Assembly: GCA_902584805.1 (NCBI GenBank)
Contig: CACIBE010000002.1
Coordinates: 67,409-131,408 of the forward strand
From: an uncultured Alphaproteobacteria bacterium
GTDB taxonomy: Bacteria; Pseudomonadota; Alphaproteobacteria; HIMB59; GCA-002718135
DNA: 64,000 bases
Reading direction: 5' to 3'
This document shows, in pieces, positions 17,443 to 26,085 of the stretch (its first letter is position 1; every line of letters begins with the position of its first letter). The notes beneath the pieces were generated by a model. That model did no database searches. It was not told where the DNA came from and saw only the letters and a program-made list of their open reading frames with translations. Both the position numbers and the translations under genes were made by a program.

Positions 17443-19157
17443 GTTTTTTAGAAGTAAAAAATTTAAACATAAGTTATCCAACACGAAAGGAAACTATTGT
17501 TGCAAGCAAAAATGTAGAATTTTCTTTAGAAAGAGGCGAAATATTAGGAATTGTCGGTGAGTCTGGATCTGGAAAATCTACAATTGCAAATGCGATAATT
17601 AACTTGATTGATCCCCCAGGTGAAATCACAGATGGCTCAATAAAAATAGACAATATTGAATTAAGAAGTAATGAAGAAATAATTCAAAATATTAGAGGAA
17701 AAAAAATAGGATTTGTCTTTCAAGACCCTCAAACTTCATTAAACCCTCTATTTAAAATAAAAGATCAATTAATCGAAACTATTCAGGCTCATTTAAATTT
17801 AAGTTATCAAGATTCACTTAAAAAATCAATTCAACTACTTAAAGAGGTTGGAATAGAGAACGCTGAAAAAAGAATTGAAGACTATCCACACCAATTTAGT
17901 GGCGGTATGCGTCAAAGAGTTGTGATAGCTTTAGCAATAAGTTGTGAACCTGACTTAATAATTGCAGATGAACCAACAACAGCTTTAGATGTAAGTATTC
18001 AATATCAAATATTAGAACTTCTTAAAGATCTTACAAAGAAAAGAAATCTTGGTGTTATAATTATTACCCATGATATGGGAGTCATAGCAGAGACGACTGA
18101 TAAAGTAATTGTAATGAGATACGGACATATTGTTGAACAAGGTGAGACTAAAGAATTATTAACAAATCCAAAATCAACAGAAGCAAGAAGCTTAGTAATT
18201 TCAGTACCACCAACAAATAAGAAAATTGATAGATTTAAATTGATTAGCCCCGATGGTAAGGAAATAACATCTAGTTCCAAGGATTTGACTAAAAATATTA
18301 TTAAAACATGGGGCATAAGGGAAAATAAAAATCAAAAATTATTAAAACTTGAGGAAGTGACAAAAGTTTTTGATGATAATTCTTTAGGTAGTGGTTTTTC
18401 ATTTATTTCTAATAAAAGTTCGAATGATAAAATAGTTAAAGCTGTCGACAATGTATCTTTTGAATTATTCGAAGGTGAGACACTTGGATTAGTTGGAGAG
18501 TCTGGTTCAGGTAAATCAACTATTGCAAAAATTATTACTGGGTTAATTAGTCCTAATAAAGGTAATTTAATTTATAATAACGAACCTCTATATAATTCAA
18601 ATAAAAAATATCAAATTCATAATAGTAGAGGTCAAATTCAAATGATTTTTCAAGATCCTTACTCATCTCTAAATCCTCGTTTCAAAGTTAAGGATATTAT
18701 TGCAGAACCAATTAAATTTTTTCAAAAAAATATTAGCAATAATGATCTTTTACAAAATGTTTATGACCTAATAGATATTGTGGGAATGACCAGACAATCT
18801 CTAGATCGATACCCGCACGAATTCTCAGGAGGGCAAAGGCAGAGAATATCTATTGCTCGTGCCTTGGCAACAAGACCAAGATTATTAATATGTGATGAAC
18901 CAACTTCTGCATTAGACGTAAGTATACAAGCTCAAATATTGAATTTATTAAAAGATATACAAGATGAACTTCATCTCACTATGCTATTTATTAGCCATGA
19001 TCTTCCTGTAATTCGCCAAATGTGTAACCGAATAATTGTACTAAAAAATGGTGCTGTTTGTGAAACAAAAGATACAGAAGAATTGTTTAATAATCCTGAG
19101 CATGAATATACGAAGGAATTAATTAGACTTATGCCTAAAATTGAATCAATTATTTAA
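17439..19157 (+). CDS. Fused double ATP-binding protein of the ABC importer (DppD-DppF-like fusion)
   Basis: Two full NBDs: Walker A GESGSGKST twice, signatures FSGGMRQR and FSGGQRQR, Walker B IIADEPTTALD and LICDEPTSALD. The ATG at 17439 forms an ATGA overlap with the permease stop. Confidence 0.9.
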   Translation: MSFLEVKNLNISYPTRKETIVASKNVEFSLERGEILGIVGESGSGKSTIANAIINLIDPPGEITDGSIKIDNIELRSNEEIIQNIRGKKIGFVFQDPQTSLNPLFKIKDQLIETIQAHLNLSYQDSLKKSIQLLKEVGIENAEKRIEDYPHQFSGGMRQRVVIALAISCEPDLIIADEPTTALDVSIQYQILELLKDLTKKRNLGVIIITHDMGVIAETTDKVIVMRYGHIVEQGETKELLTNPKSTEARSLVISVPPTNKKIDRFKLISPDGKEITSSSKDLTKNIIKTWGIRENKNQKLLKLEEVTKVFDDNSLGSGFSFISNKSSNDKIVKAVDNVSFELFEGETLGLVGESGSGKSTIAKIITGLISPNKGNLIYNNEPLYNSNKKYQIHNSRGQIQMIFQDPYSSLNPRFKVKDIIAEPIKFFQKNISNNDLLQNVYDLIDIVGMTRQSLDRYPHEFSGGQRQRISIARALATRPRLLICDEPTSALDVSIQAQILNLLKDIQDELHLTMLFISHDLPVIRQMCNRIIVLKNGAVCETKDTEELFNNPEHEYTKELIRLMPKIESII

Positions 19158-20300
19158 CTAATTAATAATAGGTAAATTTTCAGGAGTTCTAGTACTTAAA
19201 AGTTTATAGGAATCTTTAGTTATCAATAAATTTTCTTCTTGTACTAATATTTTATTTTGGTCCATTTCAATTGATGGCTCAAGAGTTATAATCATATTTT
19301 CCTCAAGTAATGTTTTGTCATTTTTCATAATACTTGGCGGCTCAGTCAGTTGTAAGCCTAAACCATGACCCATCCTTCCAACTGATATGTTGTTAGCTGT
19401 TAAACTATAAGATAATTTAGAATATATTTCTGAACAACTAGTTCCAGGTTTTATAATTTCTAAAGTTCTCTCAGTTGCTTCCCACAATTTATTATATGCA
19501 TCTAGAACTTGTTTGTTAATTCTTCCAAAGCCAAAATTTCTATCAAAATCTGAATAATAACCATTTAAAGTTGCACCGGTATCAATAATTAGAATATCAC
19601 CATCTTTAGTTACCCTTTCTGTTGGGTTACAGATAATCTGATTATAACCATTAAGTCCCGAAGCACACGCCATATATTGAATATAATCTGCACCACCCTC
19701 AATTAATTCTTTTTTAAATATTGATGTAATTTGTTTTTCACTCATTCCTAAATTAATATTTTCAGGAAAATTATCAAACACCTTACTTGTAATAGAACAA
19801 ATTTCTTTAATATTACTGATCTCTATTTCAGATTTTATTTTTCTTATACTCCAAAGTATTTTACTAGCATCAACAAAATTATATTCTGATAAATTTTTTT
19901 GAATATCTTGATAATCGTTAATACTCATTCGCAAAAAAGTTTCATTTCCTAATTCAAAACCAATATTTGAATTTTTAGGAAAACTTTTGATGTTTTTTTT
20001 CAATAAAGATATTCCTTCATCTTTCGGATTTGGAGACTCCCAAGTTTCGATATCATTAACTAATGTGTTTTGCATAGCTGTAATACCAATAGATGGTATT
20101 ATAGCTTTAATTGGATTTTTTTTTGAAATAATTAAATACCAGGGTCTTGTAGGACTTTCCCAAAAATTACTATCAAGTCCAGTGAAATATCTAAAATTTG
20201 ACGGTGAAGTTATAATAACAGCATCAATATTTTCTTTTTCAATATGTATTTGTATTTTTTCAATTCTGGAAATAAATTCTTCTTTTGGAAAATCGTTCAT
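19158..20300 (-). CDS. M24-family metallopeptidase (Xaa-Pro dipeptidase / creatinase-fold)
   Basis: Creatinase/prolidase N-domain (IDAVIITSPSNFRYFTG) plus a pita-bread domain. Candidate metal ligands are retained (IIDTGATLNGYYSDFDR, HGLGLQLTEPP, ITLEPS, VQEENLL). Confidence 0.75.
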   Translation of the reverse strand: MNDFPKEEFISRIEKIQIHIEKENIDAVIITSPSNFRYFTGLDSNFWESPTRPWYLIISKKNPIKAIIPSIGITAMQNTLVNDIETWESPNPKDEGISLLKKNIKSFPKNSNIGFELGNETFLRMSINDYQDIQKNLSEYNFVDASKILWSIRKIKSEIEISNIKEICSITSKVFDNFPENINLGMSEKQITSIFKKELIEGGADYIQYMACASGLNGYNQIICNPTERVTKDGDILIIDTGATLNGYYSDFDRNFGFGRINKQVLDAYNKLWEATERTLEIIKPGTSCSEIYSKLSYSLTANNISVGRMGHGLGLQLTEPPSIMKNDKTLLEENMIITLEPSIEMDQNKILVQEENLLITKDSYKLLSTRTPENLPIIN

Positions 20301-20349
20301 AAATTGATAAGTAACATAACAATAACATAAATTAACAATAAGAAATACT

Positions 20350-20766
20350 TTGATCTATTCATCATTATTTATTTTTTGTTTGTCTTTAGGTACTTTTTTT
20401 CCTTTTGCTTCAGAGACATATTTATCAGCACTATTATTATCTAATAAGTATAATCCATTTTTATTATTATTTTTTGCTTCAGCAGGTAATATTTTAGGTT
20501 CTCTAATCAGTTGGATATGTGGTTACTTTGTAAATTTTCTTATTAAGAAACCTTGGTTTCCAGTAAATCAATACTTATTACAGAAAGCTACAGATATTTT
20601 CAAAAAGTATGGAAAATGGTCATTATTATTTTCATGGGTACCTATTATTGGAGATCCAATCGCATTTGCAGCAGGTACAGTAAAATATAATATTACTTTT
20701 TTTTTAATATTTGTATCTATTGGGAAAATTGCTAGATATTTGATAATATATTTATATCTTATCTAA
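20350..20766 (+). CDS. YqaA/DedA-related small membrane protein
   Basis: 138 aa with 4 hydrophobic segments. FPFASETYLSALL and PIIGDPIAFAAG match the YqaA (SNARE-associated/DedA-like) pattern. The track start is a TTG. Confidence 0.55.
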   Translation: MIYSSLFIFCLSLGTFFPFASETYLSALLLSNKYNPFLLLFFASAGNILGSLISWICGYFVNFLIKKPWFPVNQYLLQKATDIFKKYGKWSLLFSWVPIIGDPIAFAAGTVKYNITFFLIFVSIGKIARYLIIYLYLI

Positions 20767-20772
20767 ATAGTG

Positions 20773-21732
20773 ATGTTTGAAAATCTTATATTTGTTTTCA
20801 TTATTGGTTTTTTATCTGGAGTTGGTTTTTTAGCAATTTTATTTTTTCTTCGCAAACCAAAAAGTTCTGAAATAAAAGATGATACTGATCTTACTTCCTT
20901 AAAAAATCACATGCAATCAATTCAGCAATCTTTACAAAATTTTAATTTAGCTCAAGATAGAATTGAAAATACATTAATCAGAGGTGGTGCGCTTCAACAA
21001 GGTCCTTGGGGAGAATTTGTACTTAAAAATATTTTAGATAGTGTTGGTTTAAGAGAAGGAGAAGAGTACTCAACTCAAAAAACTTTTAGAGATGAAGATG
21101 GCAATTTACAAAAACCCGATGTAATTGTTCATATGCCAGGTAATAGACACATAATTATAGATTCAAAAGTGTCCTTAGATTCTTGGCATGATTATTCTAA
21201 TACAAATGACAATCAACAAAAGAAAATATTTTTGAAAAAATTTTTGGATTCAACAAAAACTTCGATTAGAAGTTTGAGTAAAGATAATTATTCAAAAATA
21301 TATGGAATCAATACAATTGATAATGTTTTAATGTTTGTTCCAATAGAACCAGCGTTACTTACTTTATATAATGAGGCAAATAAACTTATAGAAGATTCAT
21401 GGAACAATAAAATAATTATTGTTGGGCCATCAACTTTACCCTTTTTACTTAAAGCTGTAGAAAATATGTGGCGGGTTGATAAACAATCTAAAACAATAAA
21501 AGATATAGCATCAGCTGCATCAGATATTTATGATAAAACAGTCAGTGTATATGAGTCGTTTGTAAAAGCTAATCAGTCAATAGATTTAGCTAAATCAAAA
21601 ATGGATGAAGCTAAACAAAGATTGCAAGATGGTTCAGGAAGTTTGACTAAAAAAGTAGAAAAGATGAAAAAATTAGGAAGATTAAGCACTAAAAAACAGT
21701 TGCCAGATATAAATGACGATGTAATAAACTAA
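20773..21732 (+). CDS. rmuC: DNA recombination protein RmuC (short form)
   Basis: N-terminal TM helix, short coiled coil, then the RmuC nuclease-like core PDVIVHMPGNRHIIIDSKVSL ... MFVPIEPA. ATG at 20773 (GTG at 20770 in the track). Confidence 0.75.
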   Translation: MFENLIFVFIIGFLSGVGFLAILFFLRKPKSSEIKDDTDLTSLKNHMQSIQQSLQNFNLAQDRIENTLIRGGALQQGPWGEFVLKNILDSVGLREGEEYSTQKTFRDEDGNLQKPDVIVHMPGNRHIIIDSKVSLDSWHDYSNTNDNQQKKIFLKKFLDSTKTSIRSLSKDNYSKIYGINTIDNVLMFVPIEPALLTLYNEANKLIEDSWNNKIIIVGPSTLPFLLKAVENMWRVDKQSKTIKDIASAASDIYDKTVSVYESFVKANQSIDLAKSKMDEAKQRLQDGSGSLTKKVEKMKKLGRLSTKKQLPDINDDVIN

Positions 21733-21736
21733 ATAA

Positions 21737-22222
21737 ATGCCTAGTTTTGATATTGTAAACAGATTAGATCATCAAGAAATTGATAACGCATTAGGAAATG
21801 CTACAAGAGAAATTACTACTAGGTACGATTTTAAAGGATCAGATACTTCAATTGAAAAAAAAGAAAATACTATAGTTGTTACTACTGATGATGAAATGAA
21901 AGCTGGTCAAGTAAATGACATGCTGGTTACTCATTTTGTTAGACGAAAAGTTGATCCTTTATGTTTAAAAAAAAATGATATGGAAAAAGCTGGGGGTAAT
22001 AAAATTCGTCAGACGTATGAATTAGTAGAAGGAATTGAGCAATCACTGTGTAAAAAAATTACTTCTGATATCAAAAGTTCTAAATTAAAAGTTCAAGTAA
22101 AGATCAATGGGAATGAACTTCGTGTTGAAGGAAAGAAAAAAGATGATTTACAAAGTGTAATGAAGCTTATTGAGGATGCTAAGATAGGTATACCAGTCCA
22201 ATTTGTAAATTTTAGAGATTAA
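21737..22222 (+). CDS. yajQ: YajQ-family nucleotide-binding protein (UPF0234)
   Basis: MPSFDIVNRLDHQEIDNALGNATREITTRYDFKGS is the canonical YajQ N-terminus. Length is 161 aa. Confidence 0.85.
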   Translation: MPSFDIVNRLDHQEIDNALGNATREITTRYDFKGSDTSIEKKENTIVVTTDDEMKAGQVNDMLVTHFVRRKVDPLCLKKNDMEKAGGNKIRQTYELVEGIEQSLCKKITSDIKSSKLKVQVKINGNELRVEGKKKDDLQSVMKLIEDAKIGIPVQFVNFRD

Positions 22223-22224
22223 AA

Positions 22225-22833
22225 ATGATTACATGGGAATTAATAGCTGCTTTAGCAGTGTATAATTTTATTATGTACGTAACTCCAGGTCCAAATAATA
22301 GTATTTTAACTGCATCAGGTATAAAATTTGGATTTATAAGATCTATACCTAATATTTTTGGCATTCCTTCTGGTCATGGTTTGCAATTAGCACTTGTATG
22401 TCTTGGTCTTGGATCTTTGTTTATTACCTATCCTATACTCTATGATATTTTAAGATATGTTGGCGCAGGCTACATTCTTTATTTAGCATATAAAATGTTT
22501 GGGTCTTTAAATATTTCAAAGACTGAAGATAGATCAAGACCATTAAAATATCATGAAGCAATTTTGTTTCAATTTGTAAATCCAAAAGCTTGGGTAATCT
22601 GTTCAACTGCAGTAACATTATATTATCCAAAAGATGAAAATATAATAATTGGAACACTATTTATGGTCATTATGTCTACAGTAGTAAATATTCCTTCTAT
22701 TAGTATATGGGCATATGGAGGAAGTGTTATCAGACAATATCTTAATAATGACAAATTAAAAATAATTGTTGAATGGTTTTTAGCAATCCTTTTAATTATA
22801 ACCGCAGGCTCAGTTTTATTTTACAACGCTTAA
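22225..22833 (+). CDS. LysE/RhtB-family amino-acid exporter
   Basis: 202 aa, 6 TM helices, N-terminal TPGPNN motif, FVNPKAW motif. Confidence 0.8.
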   Translation: MITWELIAALAVYNFIMYVTPGPNNSILTASGIKFGFIRSIPNIFGIPSGHGLQLALVCLGLGSLFITYPILYDILRYVGAGYILYLAYKMFGSLNISKTEDRSRPLKYHEAILFQFVNPKAWVICSTAVTLYYPKDENIIIGTLFMVIMSTVVNIPSISIWAYGGSVIRQYLNNDKLKIIVEWFLAILLIITAGSVLFYNA

Positions 22834-23453
22834 GGCTTAGGAATTTCATAAAATTCACCTAGAGAATTATATCCTTTAATAACAGCAGGTCTTATTGATA
22901 TTTGTTTATACCATCTCAACACATTTGGATAATCATGTAAATTTATTTGATGTCTTTCATAACGAGCGGTCCAAGGCCAAATTGAAATATCAGCTATTGA
23001 ATAGGTATCCGAAAAATATTCTTGTTTAGAAAGTCTTTTGTCTAAAATTGAATATATATGCCGTGCATAGCCTTTTGTTTTATCCTCTGCAAATTTGCTT
23101 TTACCAGGATTATAAAATAAATATTGATGAGCCTGGCCTAGCATTGGCCCAACGTAAGCCATTTGAAAAAAAACCCATTGTATTATTTCCCAATATTTTT
23201 CTTTATTAAGAAATTTATCATATTTTTTTGCTAGATAAAGAAGGATAGCCCCGGATTCGAATACTGTTTGGTTGTTATCATTATCTACAATTACAGGAAT
23301 TTTATTTGCAGGAGATATTTTTGAAAACTGTTCACTAAACTGCTCTTTTTTATCTAAATTTATTAAAATAGGATTAAAATCCACACCTAATTCTTCAAGC
23401 ATAATGCTAATTTTTCGACCATTAGGGGTAGGTGATGAATACAAATCAATCAT
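22830..23453 (-). CDS. Glutathione S-transferase, Nu-class (YfcG-like)
   Basis: MIDLYSSPTPNGRKISIMLEELG ... ISPANKIPVIVD ... FESGAILLYLAKKY closely parallels the E. coli YfcG N-terminal thioredoxin-like domain. Confidence 0.8.
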   Translation of the reverse strand: MIDLYSSPTPNGRKISIMLEELGVDFNPILINLDKKEQFSEQFSKISPANKIPVIVDNDNNQTVFESGAILLYLAKKYDKFLNKEKYWEIIQWVFFQMAYVGPMLGQAHQYLFYNPGKSKFAEDKTKGYARHIYSILDKRLSKQEYFSDTYSIADISIWPWTARYERHQINLHDYPNVLRWYKQISIRPAVIKGYNSLGEFYEIPKP

Positions 23454-23493
23454 TTTTTTTAGAATTTAATTAATTAAGAACTATATTCATAAT

Positions 23494-23727
23494 ATGCAGG
23501 AGAATATAGATAATATTATTAAATTAGCCTGGTGCGATAAAACCTCTTTTGAAAAAATAAAAAGAATTCACGGTGTAACCGAATCAGAGGTTATAAAAAT
23601 AATGAGAACAAATCTAAAACCTAGATCATTTAAGTTATGGAGAACTAGAGTAACAGGGAGAACTAGAAAGCATGAAAAGAAAAGAAATCTATCGGAAAAA
23701 TCATTTAAATATGAGAGTTATCTCTAA
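23494..23727 (+). CDS. DUF2805/TIGR03643-family small protein
   Basis: AWCDKTSFEKIKRIHGVTESEVIKIMRTNLKPRSFKLWRTRVTGRTRKH matches my recollection of the TIGR03643 consensus. Confidence 0.6.
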   Translation: MQENIDNIIKLAWCDKTSFEKIKRIHGVTESEVIKIMRTNLKPRSFKLWRTRVTGRTRKHEKKRNLSEKSFKYESYL

Positions 23728-24265
23728 AACATTAATTGTCAGTATAAGTCTTTTGTTTGCTAGTAAGATAGCATTAGCAGATCAAAATGATCCACGGCTA
23801 AATAATTTGTTTAAAAAATTAAATGAGACTGAAAATCAGAATGAGATAAGAGATTTGATATCTGACATTTGGAATATATGGTATGAAGTTGATGATCCAA
23901 AAGTAATTGAATATTTTGAGAAAGGTATTCAAGCTATGAATTTGAGAAATTATCCACTAGCAATAAGATTTTTTAATAATTTAATTGAAGAAGATCCTAA
24001 TTTTGCAGAGGGTTGGAATAAGAGAGCAACAGTTCATTTTATGATGGGTAATTTTGATCAATCAATGCAAGACATAATTAAAACTCTTGAATTAGAACCA
24101 AGACATTTTGGTGCTCTAGATGGAATGGGTCTAATTTTTATTCATCAAGGCCAGTTTCAACAGGCAATTGATGTATATGATAAGATGCTAGAGATTTTTC
24201 CTTTTAGTGTTAAAACTATGGAAAAGAAAGAAAGAATAAAATCGTTTATTTCTCAATCTACTTAA
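23711..24265 (+). CDS. Secreted TPR-repeat protein
   Basis: Signal peptide MRVISKTLIVSISLLFASKIALA from the internal ATG at 23711. TPR-like helical repeats follow (AEGWNKRATVHFMMGNFDQSMQDIIKTLELEPRHFGAL...). Confidence 0.65.
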   Translation: MRVISKTLIVSISLLFASKIALADQNDPRLNNLFKKLNETENQNEIRDLISDIWNIWYEVDDPKVIEYFEKGIQAMNLRNYPLAIRFFNNLIEEDPNFAEGWNKRATVHFMMGNFDQSMQDIIKTLELEPRHFGALDGMGLIFIHQGQFQQAIDVYDKMLEIFPFSVKTMEKKERIKSFISQST

Positions 24266-25205
24266 TATCAAAAAATACTAATAATAAAGATAGTGTAAAA
24301 AAACTAACAAACGTACTTAATACTACATTTGAAGATACAACAGCTTTTAGTGAATTATATCTATATGCAAAATAATATGATTGTGAGCCACTTGGTAAAG
24401 CTGCAGCCATAGTAACAATAATTACTAAGAGACTATCAAGCTCTAATATAAAATGTGCTAAACAAAATGCAATTATAGGGTGAATAAAATTTTTTAAGAT
24501 AGTTAATAGTATTGCACCATAAATATTTTCTCTAATTTTAAAATTTCCTAATGCAAGACCTAAAGAAATAAGAACCATTGGAAGAGCAAGGTTTACAAAA
24601 ATATCTAAAGGCTGCTTCATAATAGATGGAACAATAAGATTAGAGTAATTAAGAATGATTCCAATTATCATTCCAAAAAGTACAATATTTTTAATTATAC
24701 CTAATAATATTTGATAAAAAATTTCGACAATGCTTTTTTTTCTATTTCTATAAACTTCTATTATAATAACAGTATAGCTAAAATGAACAATACCATGAAA
24801 AAAAACTAATATCATATAAGGAATTGTATTTATTGGACCCAAAACTGCATACATAAGAGGTATTCCCATTGCCACCGTATTACCAAAACAAGCAGCTAAT
24901 CCAAAAAGTGCAGAGTCATCTGTTTTAAAATTTAAATATTGTTTTCCAATTAAAAATCCAGTCATGGATATAAAAATTCCTGAAGCAAAAAATGAGATGA
25001 TCAGGCCAATAGAATTAATTTGAGGAAATGAGACTTGCCAAAAATATATTATTAAAGCTAAGGGTAAAAGAATATTGAAACCTGTAAAATCAAAATAATC
25101 AATATATTTTTTTGGAAGTATTTGTAATTTATTTACAAAAAATCCAAAAAGAATATATCCAAACACACTGCTAACTATATTTAACAAATCAATCATTGAA
25201 ATCAA
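24258..25205 (-). CDS. AEC-family (auxin efflux carrier-like) transporter
   Basis: 315 aa, about 10 TM helices in two halves, pattern typical of the Mem_trans/AEC family. Confidence 0.7.
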   Translation of the reverse strand: MISMIDLLNIVSSVFGYILFGFFVNKLQILPKKYIDYFDFTGFNILLPLALIIYFWQVSFPQINSIGLIISFFASGIFISMTGFLIGKQYLNFKTDDSALFGLAACFGNTVAMGIPLMYAVLGPINTIPYMILVFFHGIVHFSYTVIIIEVYRNRKKSIVEIFYQILLGIIKNIVLFGMIIGIILNYSNLIVPSIMKQPLDIFVNLALPMVLISLGLALGNFKIRENIYGAILLTILKNFIHPIIAFCLAHFILELDSLLVIIVTMAAALPSGSQSYYFAYRYNSLKAVVSSNVVLSTFVSFFTLSLLLVFFDIK

Positions 25206-26067
25206 AAAAGTTATTTAAAAATTGAATGACGCTTTCTTCAATTATATTATTTTCATTTGAGTTTGAATTTTGAAAAAATTTTGAATTTTCATCAAAAATT
25301 ATATTAGGATTATTTAAGTTTCCTTTTATCAAAGTAGTTAAATATATTTCATTATTTTGAGATAAGTTTAAAATAATATCTATAAAATTATTATTGTAAT
25401 TGTATTCTCCTTTTATAAGAATTCTGTTGTTTTTATTACTAATTTCTATTTTGCTAGTTTCTAAAATATTTTTATTTTTATTTATTGCGCCTTTAAAATT
25501 AGAACTTTCATTACCAAAAGCATTTATTAATTCAGAAAATGCAAATTTTTGATTCTTTTGATTTTCTAATTTTTCAAAGAATAATTTTAAAAATGAAATA
25601 AGAAATTTTTCTTCATTAGTTGTTTTTAAAGTTATTTTTCCATTTATTTTATAAATTGAGTCAAATAAATTTTCTAAATTATCAGTATATTTAAGATAAT
25701 TTTCAATATAATTTACTTTTCCATTAATATTTACCTCACTAAAATTAATATTATTAATATTCAAATTATCAATTAGAATATTTAAATTTCCTGAAACTTG
25801 AAATATGGGCTGAGAAATATCAATTCTAATATTATCAAAGTATAAATTATTTTTGTAATCTTTAATTTCTAAGTTTGTGTTAAGCTTTACAATTGGAAAA
25901 ATATTGATTTTAGTTTTATTTTTTTCATTAATTTTAATTTCAAATTTCTTTTCGATGTCACTAATTATTTTTTCTTTTTCAAAATTATTTAGAAAAATAT
26001 AAATAAAGATAGATAAAATTATTAAAATAATTACTACTATAGAAAAAAATAATCTAATTTTTTTCAT
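25189..26067 (-). CDS. Membrane-anchored N/I/K-rich hypothetical protein, possibly a miniature AsmA-like protein
   Basis: N-terminal TM anchor. INIFPIVKLNTNLEIKD resembles the AsmA N-terminal motif, and IKGNLNNPNIIFD resembles the AsmA C-terminal motif. The composition is very biased. Confidence 0.35.
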   Translation of the reverse strand: MKKIRLFFSIVVIILIILSIFIYIFLNNFEKEKIISDIEKKFEIKINEKNKTKINIFPIVKLNTNLEIKDYKNNLYFDNIRIDISQPIFQVSGNLNILIDNLNINNINFSEVNINGKVNYIENYLKYTDNLENLFDSIYKINGKITLKTTNEEKFLISFLKLFFEKLENQKNQKFAFSELINAFGNESSNFKGAINKNKNILETSKIEISNKNNRILIKGEYNYNNNFIDIILNLSQNNEIYLTTLIKGNLNNPNIIFDENSKFFQNSNSNENNIIEESVIQFLNNFFDFND

Positions 26068-26085
26068 ATATTAGATTGTGAAAAA

